DNA from: Chiloscyllium plagiosum
Taxonomy: Eukaryota
Direction: 5' to 3'
Length of the DNA stretch: 46,807 bases
Assembly (NCBI RefSeq): GCF_004010195.1
Contig: NC_057719.1
Span: 57,445,861 to 57,492,667, forward strand
Positions 36,769-46,807 of this stretch are shown piece after piece. Under the pieces are notes generated by a model that ran no database searches, was not told where the DNA came from, and saw only the letters and a list, made by a program, of their open reading frames with translations. Position numbers and translations under genes: made by a program. Numbering within the stretch: the stretch's first letter is position 1; each line of letters starts with the position of its first letter.

Positions 36769-37547
36769 TTCTCCTCATTGTGATTTCTGTTAGTCCAGAT
36801 ATTCGATATGACAATACAAATACAAAATGTATTTTTACTACATGACTTCATCAGCTAATAACTGAGTTAATAAGAATTAAAAAGGGCCTCTGAAAACTGA
36901 AAAGTCATTCCAGAAAGGATAAAATAGGCGTAATGAAAATGTTTAGAATAACCTTCGAAAATATATGAATTTGAAACCTGTCCTCCACCCTTCTTCTCAA
37001 CTTGTACTCACAATGACAATTCAGGAGATAGAAGTGCTAAAACAGGAAGGAGGGTTGGCAAGTGGAAGGGAGGCAGAAAGTGATGTTAATATTAAGTAAC
37101 TAAGTAAATGATTAGGATTAATTAGTTTATTAATTGAGAGAGTAAATATAAAGGGAGAGCAAGTGGGACTAATGTATGGATGGTGCTGTAAGAGTGAGTA
37201 GTTAATAATCCCTATCTACAAAGAAAGATGTCATGGCTTCTGTCTCACTGACTGGTGACAAAGTTGGGGAAGGAAGCAGAAAGCAGAAGGGAGGTGGCAA
37301 ATGGGAGGGTTAGAGAGAGATGCAGTGAATGGGAGGAAGGCAATTGGCAATTGGGAGCGAAGCAGCACGTCGGGGAGAGGGTCGGCTGAAAGTGAGAGGT
37401 GGTGATCAAGGGGTAAGTTGAAAGAGGTACTAAGTTAAGAGTGAGTAATTTATTAAGAATATTTAAATTATAAAGAGTTAGTATAAAGAACCAATATGTT
37501 TAATGTAAAGTTAGAGGTCAACAATGTACTGACATTTATTACATATG

Positions 37548-37700
37548 GGTCAACTGCTTTCCTAACAGCACTGTGGGTGCTAATTCTTCCCCAGAACTTC
37601 GGCACTTCAAGAAGGCAGCTCAACATCACTTTCTCCAGGGCAATTAGGAATGGGTAATCAATATTGGCCCCGACACAACACCCACATCCCATGAATGAAT
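37548..37700 (+). mobile_element. LINE 3' end sharing its tail with the 23654-type SINE
   Basis: ttcaagaaggcagctcaacatcactttctccagggcaattagg..cacatcccatgaatgaat. Confidence 0.65.
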
Positions 37701-38054
37701 TATGAATAGCCCCTATGGAAAATTGATTTTCTTTTGCATGATTTGGTTTAAAAGTTCACTTTTAGAAGTACATTTGGAGTGCTATGGTTGCTGAATAAAT
37801 GAGGGTTTTTGATATCACAAAGATGGAGAGAAATTCTCTCTTGTTTACTGGGGATTAATCTGAGAAAAGTGCGGAGCCTTCAAGACAGCATTGCATCTCC
37901 TCTTACAACCCCATTCCCACTACTTCATCCTCACCTACCAACAGCTGTCATGCCAAAGCTAAGAAAGTGACTGTGGACTAACAGCAAATTAACAGAAAGT
38001 ACAAAGCTTCATGTGCACCAGGCTTGTGTCTTCGCATCTTTCTTTACAGTAGCT

Positions 38055-38335
38055 AAGACCCTAAGACAAAAGAGAAGAAGCAGGTCGTTTTACCTCTCAA
38101 GTCTGCTCAACCATTCAATGAGCTGATTTCATAATCCTCAAATCCACTTTCTTGCTTTTATCCAATAATCTCTGATTCCCTTGCTGATTAAAAATCTATT
38201 TCAGCCGTGAAGATAATTAATGATCCAACCTCTACAGTGCCCCTAATGTGAAAAATTCCAAACATTCACTGAGAGAAGAAATTTCTTACCATCTGTCTCA
38301 ATAGGGTGGCCCCTTATTCCACGTTTATGCCTGTT
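38055..38335 (-). mobile_element. CR1 3'-tail fragment
   Basis: taagaccctaagac tail; agagaagaaatttctt CR1 3' region. Confidence 0.6.
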
Positions 38336-38459
38336 TAACTACTTTATCCACCTGTCCCACTACCTTAAGGGACTGATTGATATGCCTGATCATTAATGAT
38401 TCCCAGGGTCCTACTATTCATCGTATATTCCTTTCCCTTGGTTGTCCTGCCCATTAACA

Positions 38460-39235
38460 GAGTGAAAGTGTCATACAGCATGGAAACAAACCCTTCGGTC
38501 CAACAGTCCATGCCGACCATAATCCCAAACTAAACAAGTCCCACCTGCCTGCGCATGGCCCATATCCCTCCAAACATTTCTTATTCTTGTACTTATCTAA
38601 ATTTGTTTTAAGTGTTGTAACTATACCCATATCCTTGGGTTCCTCTGGAAGTTCATTCCACATATTAACCACTATCTGTGTAAAAAATTGCCCCTCATGT
38701 CTTTTTTAAATCTTGCTCCTCTCACTTTAAAAATATGTCCCCTAGTCTTGAAATACACCGTCCTAGGGAAAAGACACCTGCCATTCATTTTATCTATAGC
38801 CCTTATGATTTTATAAACCTCTATAAGGTCACCCCTCAACCTCCTGCTCCAGTGAAAAGAAGTCCCAGCCTATTCAACCTCACCTTGTAACTCAAACCTT
38901 CCATTCCTGGCAGCATCCTGGTATATCACTTCTGAATCCTCTCCAGCTTAATAATATCCTTCCTATAACAGGACAACCAGAACATGACACTGTACTCCAG
39001 AAGAGGCCTTACCAATGTCCTGGACAGCCTCAACATAATGCACCAACTCTTACATCCAAAGGTCTGAGCAATAAAAGCAAATGTGATGCAAACTTTAAAG
39101 AATTATGTACCTGAACCCCTAGGTTTGTCTGTTCTACAATACTACCCAATACCCTACTTATAATTGTATATGTCCTGCCCTTGTTCTTTTTTACCAAAAT
39201 GCAATACCTTGCATTTGTCTAAATTAAACTCTATC
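38460..39235 (-). mobile_element. CR1 3' fragment (tail related to HE1 SINE tail)
   Basis: VNMWNELPEE..KCLEGYGP; LGLLFTG..LRGDLIEVYKII; gtcatacagcatggaaacaaacccttcggtccaac tail. Confidence 0.85.
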
Positions 39236-39249
39236 TGTAGTGAATTCTA

Positions 39250-40700
39250 ATTGCCACTGATCAGCACATCTGACAAGGCCATCTATATCCGCCAGTTATC
39301 TAAGGCAATCCTCCTCACTATTTACCACCTCACTAATCTTCTTATCATTGATGTGGAGAACCAGTCTGGCTCAAGATTGGGATACAGATAGACTCTAACC
39401 TCAAACCTTTAATGTATTGTCTGAGCTAAAATGTCATTTTTTAAAATAAAAGTTATCTTGAGAATGTAACTGGAAAGATGTTCTGGGATTTATATATTAA
39501 TGAATCGAAAACTGCAACTCATTCTAAAAGATGAAAGACTTAACAGCAATCTAGATTTGTTCAATATATCATTTCAGTTACATGACATTGAAATCCTTTG
39601 CTATAAATTCTGTGTCTTATGATCCTACTTCACAGATACCTGATGAAGGAGCAGTGCTCCGAAGGCTAGTACTTCTAAATACACCTGTTGGACTATAACC
39701 TGGTGTTGTATGATTTTTAACTTTTGTATCATTCACAAGCTTATTGATCATCCCTCCTACATTTAAGTCAAAATTGTTTACATATACCACAAACAGCAAA
39801 GGTGCCAACACTGATCCCTGTGGAACACCACTGGACACAGGGCTTCTACCATCAAAAACACCTTTCGCTCATCATCTATGGCTTCATACCACTGGGCCAA
39901 TTCTGGATCCAATGCGTCAAATTTTTTGGGATATTATGGGGTCTCACACTTGCTATGAGTCTTCCATTGGAACCTTATCAAAGCCTTGCTAAAGTCCAAG
40001 AAGACTAAAGCATTGCCTCATCTACATTCCTGGTCACCTCTTTGGAACAATTCAATCAAGTTAGTCAGATATGACCTCACCTTAAAAAAAAGTGTTGACT
40101 GCCTCTCCAAATGCAGATTAATTCTGTCTCTCAGGATTGCTTCCAATAGTTTCCGCATCACCGATTTAGACTGATTGGACTGTGGCTTCCTGGTTTATCT
40201 CTTGCTCCCTTCTTGAATAATGATATCACATTAACTATCCTCCAGTCCTCTCATACTTCTGCTGTGGCCAGGGAAGAATTAAAAAGTATTACTATTATTT
40301 CCTCCCTGGCCTCACTTAACAGGCTGGGATACATTTCATCCATCTTTGGAGATTTATCTACTTTTAAGCCTGTTAGACCACTCAGAACCTTCTCTCTGTC
40401 TATGTTAATTTCTTTGATTATATTACAGTCATTCTTCCTGATTTCTATATCCACATCATCTCTCTCATGAATGAACACTGACACAAAGTATTCATTTAGA
40501 ATGCTACATTCATCCACTGGCTCCATGTACAAATTATCATCAAAGTTCTTAATGGGCCTACATTTTTTTCTAGTTATCCTTTTATCTTTAATGTACTTGT
40601 AAAATAACTCGGGATTTTCCTCTATTTTACTGGCCATTATTCTTTCATGCCCCCATTTTGCTCTCCTAATTTCCTTTTTAAGTTTTCTCTTGCATCTTAT
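39250..40700 (-). mobile_element. CR1 ORF2 fragment interrupted at the ADDT motif by a PLE tail
   Basis: ENPELFYKYIK..LNEYFVSVF..KVDKSP; SSGVPQGSVLAPLLFVVYVN..KLVNDT. Confidence 0.85.
39350..39726 (+). mobile_element. 3' tail of a third Penelope-like lineage with hammerhead motif
   Basis: tacCTGATGAaggagc-agt-gctccGAAGgcta-gta (39637-39671), then acctgttggactataacctggtgttgt; flanking tatcatt duplicated at 39343-39349 and 39727-39733. Confidence 0.8.
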
Positions 40701-40957
40701 CTCAAGTCTCTGTCTTCAATTCAACAGCAAATCCTCAATCCATGCTAATATATTACCTCCAACAGCATGGATTCTTAATTTATTAAGCAGTGTAATGTTT
40801 GTGACCTTATCAATATCTAAAGAAAATCTAAGATATTATATCCACTTCTTCCCATTTTTCTAGTCTGCTTTTTAAATCTTCAGAGAATTTTAATAAATTT
40901 GTCAGGCATGATTCCCCTTTTGTGAAGCCTTTTTCATCTGCTTGATCATGTTATGTT

Positions 40958-41170
40958 TGATTGATTTGATTTATTATTGGCACATGTACCGAGATACAGT
41001 GAAAAGTATTCTTTTGCATACTACCCAGACAAGTCATACCTTACAGATGTACATCAAGGTAATAGAACAGTATGCAGAATAGTGTTACAGCTACAGAGAA
41101 GGTGCAGAGAAAGATCAACTCTAATATTTGAGAGGTCGTTTATAAATCTGAAACAGCAGGAAAGATGCTG
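40958..41170 (-). mobile_element. LINE 3' end (L2/CR1 group); related pieces at about 24950-25010 and 46046-46196
   Basis: Shared tttatt..cacatgtac..tacagtgaa motif with short-repeat tail at all three sites. Confidence 0.55.
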
Positions 41171-42167
41171 TTCTTTTGTATTTTAAAACATGTTGCTTTA
41201 CACCCTTTATAATCAAAACAATGGACAAACATATACAAACCAAAACAACCCACTGAACAGCTTCTTCCCTGGCTACCTCAGACAAATATTGGTCATTTCC
41301 TTTCTAATCAACTCCATTAACTGAGCTATGTGAGCTAAATGCTATTGGCACATTAGCACACATCTGTGATGCAAGGCTATCTCCAAATGAGTCCTCAAGT
41401 TCACTGGGATTGGAGTAAATCCATGGGAAGTCCTCACTGCTGACCAGGCTGTCTGGGGACAAATAGACAAGAATGGGATGCAAAAAAGAAACAGTCAGAT
41501 GCAGAAAAGAGAGCTTGGCAGAAGGAATGGACATCCGTTAGCCATTGGAGCCACAACAGAAGGAATTGCCACTCACAAGTCAGCCTGTATAGCCACGACA
41601 GATGATATTCAATCCAGAAGTGACATACGCCTTGGGGGCAGTCCATCATCTCCTGAACCAGACAGATGCCTATTGCTACCAATATAAGTATCTGATGGCT
41701 GTATGTGATGGTATGTCTTCTTCATCATCAGCAGCAGCTTATAGATCTTGAATATCAGAAAAGAAAAAGACTCAAGAGTAAGGTTGTGATGAGCAGTGCT
41801 GGAGAAAGAGGAGGGCCATACTTACAACAACTGCACCTTGTAAATCCAAATAGGTTGGGACGAGGGGTAAGTGTGACATGAGTTGAAGGATTAAATAATG
41901 CTGTTAGCTTTGATGGTTTCATCTTTAGAGACCGCAATTTCCCTTCCCACGTGGTTAAAGATGCCCTCCAACGCATCTCGTCCACATCCCGCACCTCCGC
42001 CCTCAGACCCCACCCCTCCAACCGTAACAAGGACAGAATGCCCCTGGTGCTCACCTTCCACCCTACAAACCTCCGCATAAACCAAATCATCCGCCGACAT
42101 TTCCGCCACCTCCAAAAAGACACCACCACCAGGGATATATTTCCTTCCCCACCCCTTTCCGCCTTCC

Positions 42168-42355
42168 NNNNNNNNNNNNNNNNNNNNNNNNNNNNNNNNN
42201 NNNNNNNNNNNNNNNNNNNNNNNNNNNNNNNNNNNNNNNNNNNNNNNNNNNNNNNNNNNNNNNNNNNNNNNNNNNNNNNNNNNNNNNNNNNNNNNNNNNN
42301 NNNNNNNNNNNNNNNNNNNNNNNNNNNNNNNNNNNNNNNNNNNNNNNNNNNNNNN
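42168..42355. other. Assembly gap (N run)
   Basis: Run of N. Confidence 1.
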
Positions 42356-42651
42356 GCCTGGAGGAAGAACGCCTCATCTTCCGCCTCGGAACACTTCAAC
42401 CCCAGGGCATCAATGTGGACTTCAACAGCTTCCTCATTTCCCCTTCCCCCACCTCATCCTAGTTTCAAACTTCCAGTCCCCTTGACTTGTCCGACCTGCC
42501 TAGCTCCTTTTCCACCTATCCACTCCACCCTCTCCTCCCTGACCTATCACCTTCATCTCCTCCCCCACTCACCTATTGTACGCTATGCTACTCTCTCCCC
42601 ACCCCCCCCCTCCTCTAGCTTATCTCTCCACGCTTCAGGCTCTCTGCCTTT

Positions 42652-42687
42652 ATTCCTGATGAAGGGCTTTTGCCCGAAACGTCGATT
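42652..42687 (+). ncRNA. Minimal type-I hammerhead ribozyme motif, fully intact core
   Basis: CTGATGA 42656-42662, stem II gggc-tttt-gccc 42664-42675, GAAA 42676-42679, cGTC 42680-42683, stem I attc/gatt. Confidence 0.8.
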
Positions 42688-42961
42688 TTGCTGAAGCTCC
42701 TCGGATGCTGCCTGAGCTGCTGTGCTCTTCCAGCACCATTGATCCAGAATCTGGTTTCCAGCATCTGCAGTCATTGTTTTTACCTCATATCTACTGTAGG
42801 CAAATCTCCTCCACTGAGGATTCAGACATCTAGCTGTGCTTCCCATTCTGGATTAGGTCCTGCTTTCTCCATTTGTGGGCCACCTTGACCTGCAAGCAAG
42901 AAGGAAGTATGTCAATGAACCTGATACAATACCTTTGTATGATGTAGTTGTAGTGGAAAAA

Positions 42962-43360
42962 AACTTATATTTATATAGCCACTTTCACAACCTCAGGAAT
43001 TCCCAATACACTTTGTAGCCTGGAGTAATATCACTGTTTTACATCAGCAACTAATGCAGCCAATTTGCTTACCGCAACACACCACAGTGAGGATTTTAAG
43101 AGGTAATCTGTTTTGTGATGCTGATTGATAGATAAATGTTCCAAGGAAATGGGCATAACTTCCCTGCTTTTCTTTATGGGTCTCTGAGATCTACATGAGA
43201 TAGCAGGCAATGCCTCCAATTAGAATCGCTACTAAAATACAGCATCCTTGAAAGTGCAGCATTTTCCCCTGAACTGCCACTAGATTTTCTGTGCTCTTTT
43301 TCTGGAGTAGAACATTAACTTACAACTCAAAGGCAAAGTGTTTCAACTGAACCACAGCTG
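42962..43360 (-). mobile_element. Old Deu-domain SINE (SacSINE1/AmnSINE-like), decayed
   Basis: cagcatccttgaaagtgcagcattttcccctgaactgc Deu-like core; aactgaaccacagctg head; atttatatagc..tttcac L2-type tail. Confidence 0.55.
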
Positions 43361-46196
43361 TCATCATACTGCTGGATGGTTGACTATGTTGTAGTGTGTG
43401 CAAGCTATGATATTTAGCTGTGACATATACAGGGAATTAAGTTTAAGGGTGAGTTGAAGCTATGAATATTAGCTATCAGAAATGATTGATAGAGATTGTT
43501 GATAGGTAAGTAATTGGGGTGTGAGTGGTATGTGAGGTTTGTGAGAAGTTAGAATAAAGCATTTGAAGATACATCCACTGACTTTGATGACTTATGTAAG
43601 GGCATTAAACATTTGTGGCACTGTATCAATCTATGATCTGAAGATTAGATTGCTAGCATTGATCATCATAGTTATGTTATTCCACTGCCTTTGCAAAGTT
43701 TGTCTGTAGGGGCCCGATCCCCTGTGAATAGATGGCATGTGTCCATCTCTCTATTTCCTGCAGTAAGGCATCCACCACCATATTGAAAATTCTTAGAACC
43801 CACTATCAGCCACCATTTTGTCATTGAGTGCTCCAGTTGTTAAAATCACTTTTGGAATGACCTTGGGTTCCTGCTTCAGGTATAATGTATTTCATTTTGA
43901 GAGGTGCAGGCTCGCTTTAAAGAGATGCTAGCCTCTTACAGGTTTCCATGTCCTGCTCAGGTGTACATATAATCAAAAGTGTACTAAACACTGGCTGAAT
44001 GCTACAATCATTTATATTTACAAGTAGTACAAAGTTTTTGTGCTATCCACAAAGAAATCATTGAGAATGTATTTTCCACATCACCGTTCTCTATGACTAT
44101 TTTTGAGCCACATCCAATGATGTGGCCATAGCCTTGAATGGCAGTCATTGGAAACCTCAGCAAAACATGCTATCACAGCAATTTAAAGCACAGTAGCATT
44201 TGCAGACTGCGGAGAGTGTTATGTGACCTAACCTCCAGGAGTAGTTCCAAGCAGAGTTGACAATCCTATAGAGCCAAAGAAAGGTTTGCCCATCGGAATT
44301 CTCATAGCTGGATGCTAAAAAAAATTCTCTAACAACAGCTGTATAAACAGTCACTGACAAAAGAAACAGTACAGCTTTAAGTAGTTATCAGGAAGGCTCC
44401 AACGAGATTCAGTGGCTTCCTTTGTGCAACAAGACTAAAACAGTGCACAAATAATCAGTTGCTAAGAGATAACATTAATAGTAGTAATGTATCTTTAACA
44501 ACAAAGACTCAACTAAGAGGAACAAGCTTCTGTTTTATGGCAGCATTAAGCCTATTGGATCCTGCTAAAGCCTCCTGTTTGCATTATGGGGGAGTACCTC
44601 TCATTAACTTAAAATTGTAGGCTGTAATGAGCCTGGTACACTGTCTGTATGTAGGCTGAAGTGCTTTAAAGCTTTTCAGACATTTTGGAATTTTATGCTT
44701 TGGACATATATTAGGCCTAAGGAGTCTATGTCCAATAAGACAATTTGTCAGTACCTGAGGTGCAGCACCTCTTCTTGCACTGTTTGCTGCAGCATTTCTT
44801 GTATGATTAGCTGCAAGTGCACTAAGGATGTGGAACATCTATTTGGTTGTATAAAGATTATTCTGAACCTATAGTTGCTTATCATTCAGCCATTTTTGTA
44901 TTTTTGTTAACACAACCACAATCCCACAACATTAATGTTTCTGGATGATAAAGCATACAGTCAATCATTTGTCCCAAAAATATTATGTTACATTATTTAA
45001 AAATATTTTCACTCAGCAAAGTTTACAAAATGCGACCTTCAACATGGATGTGTTCTTTTCATGCATGTTGATATTTGTTATTATCCCACCTCTACTTTTT
45101 GCCATAACTTAAATAAATAGATAACATTCTGTTTAAACCCAACAAATTCAGCTTTGTTTTATTTCTAGTTTCAGGGTTATGAATAAAAGTTCATGTTTGC
45201 TGACATAATTTCAAAAATACAGGTTTTGTATGAAGCTTACAGCCTTAATTAACTTTATCTAACTTGTTTCTTTGTCAGTGCTGGATTGATTTTCTGTCAG
45301 TGTCTTCACTCCTCATTAAAATACATAGGGAAGCAATCTTAAATGGATCAAGCATTCATTCACAGCCACTGTATAGAATATTAAAGTATTATATCTGACA
45401 AAGCCATACTTTGGGTGTGGTGTCTTCAAATATCACTTCCTCCATTCCCAACATATTCCTATGACTACTTTTAATCAGACCACACCTTCAATCAGATTGC
45501 AATTTCTTTCAAATACATTATCTCAGAACACTTCTAGAACACAAAAACAGTGGATCCCCTTCCACTGTTCAATATACATGACTGGCAGCGGACTCACTGG
45601 AGCTGTGAACTGCTGTGTTCCAAATGTCACTGCTCTGCTTAAAAGGAAGGTATTTTGGTGAATGATCATTAACAGGGTTGATGCTGCAAGCATAATATCT
45701 TCTTTTATGCTCCTTATTTCTTGGACATTGTATTGATGATGAATTGTCACTCACAACTGATGTTTGCAGAGATGACCTGGATGGCCGATCATGACTGGGC
45801 CGGTGTAGCATCAACTACAGCAAGCAGTTCAATGATCTCTTCTGGGCTGCTAAGGTTATATTTATATTTACAGATCTGCACAACTCTATCAGAGCTCTAC
45901 ATTAGCAAACCTTGTCTCCCTCACTGCCATCTTTTTTGTTATTCTGTCTTCCAATAACAGCTGTACACATCAATGCATCATGCACCAGCTGCTTGGAATG
46001 CCTTCTAATACATTCAACATTGCTGGTTAACATTGGTGAATTACAATTAGGTTTATTGTCACCTGTATTCAAGTACAGCAGGACAGGAGTACAGTAAAAG
46101 GTTTGCAATGTCGCTCCACACAGTGCCATCTTAGGTACAAAGGACCTAGGTACAAATTTTAGATTCAAAATAGAGAAATAGAAAGAAAAAGTTACA

Positions 46197-46807
46197 TTAT
46201 AGAACATAGAACAGTACAGCACAGAACAGGCCCTTCAGCCCACAATGTTGTGCCAACCATTGATCCTCATGTTCAACTGCTGCTGGCAACGCATTCCAAG
46301 CTCTCACAACTCTCTGCGTAAAGAATCCGCCTCTGACATCCCCTCTATACTTTCCGCCAAACAGCTTAAAACTATGACCCCTCGTGTTAACAATTTCTGC
46401 CCTGGGAAAAAGTCTCTGGCTATCAACTCTATCTATGCCTCTCATTATCTTGTACACCTCAATTAGGTCCCCTCTTTTCCTTCTTTTTTCCAATGAAAAA
46501 AGTCCGAGCTCAGTCAACCTCTCTTCATAAGATAAGCCCTCCATTCCAGGCAGCATCCTGGTAAACCTCCTCTGAACCCTCTCCAAAACATCCACATCTT
46601 TCTTATAATAGGGCAACCAGAACTGGACACAGTATTCCAAGTGCGGTCTAACCAAAGTTTTATAGAGCTGCAACAAGATCTCACGACTCTTAAACTCAAT
46701 CCCCCTGTTAATGAAAGCCAAAACACCACATGCTTTCTTAACAACCCTGTCCACTTGGGTAGCCATTTTCAGGGATCTATGTACCTGCACACCAAGATCC
46801 CGCTGTT
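46197..46807 (-). mobile_element. Young CR1 3' end (runs off window), small internal deletion near 46272
   Basis: 197-aa open frame QVHRSLK..LYKTLVRPHLEYCVQFW..LGLFSLE..RGDLIEVYKIMRG..FFTQRVVRAWNALP; (tagaaca)n tail. Confidence 0.93.

Larger units (their letters stand above)
41921..42785 (+). mobile_element. Young 5'-truncated PLE (contains N-gap)
   Basis: FRDRNFPSHVVKDALQRISS..NKDRMPLVLTFHPTNLRINQII..; LEEERLIFRLGTLQPQGINVDF; tail ending ttttacct. Confidence 0.93.
41300..43816 (-). pseudogene. Multi-exon Harbinger Myb/SANT gene remnant carrying nested PLE and SINE
   Basis: Exon 1 (about 43583-43816) FNMVVDALLQEIER..RQTLQRQWNNITMMINAS..MFNALT*VIK|gtcagt; exon 2 after ttgcttgcag| VKVAHKWRKQ (about 42790-42889), continuing past the PLE at about 41920; downstream limit uncertain. 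Confidence 0.6.

Noticed and set aside
45546..45569. Hairpin plus U-run resembling an intrinsic terminator or IRE
   Set aside because: Eukaryotic context makes a rho-independent terminator irrelevant, and the loop is not CAGUGN.
46197..46790. 197-aa open frame as a possible gene
   Set aside because: It is the CR1 ORF2 C-terminus, fused to the 3'UTR by a deletion; not a host gene.

Overview
Eukaryotic, repeat-dense genomic DNA, very probably from a shark (HE1 V-SINEs, Deu-domain SINE and typical elasmobranch CR1/Penelope families; inferred). I could not identify any host protein-coding exon with confidence. The window reads as intron or intergenic DNA built from nested, decayed elements: a near-full-length CR1 LINE (SGNH-esterase ORF1, APE-RT ORF2), many minus-strand CR1 fragments, Penelope-like elements (PLEs; RT + GIY-YIG), L2-group LINEs, three SINE families, a Gypsy RT remnant and Harbinger transposase and Myb/SANT remnants. 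Two N-gaps lie inside young PLE copies. The most notable signals are: (i) about ten minimal type-I hammerhead ribozyme motifs from at least three PLE lineages, with covarying stem II; (ii) three short fold-back (head-to-head) PLE-tail insertions, each bounded by a 15-17 bp target-site duplication (TSD), two of which invert just upstream of the hammerhead CUGANGA core; (iii) a CR1 5'UTR hairpin in which a consensus 5' splice site pairs with a U1-snRNA-like 10-mer; (iv) a perfect 39-bp inverted templated insertion in an old CR1. Element boundaries are approximate unless a TSD is quoted.
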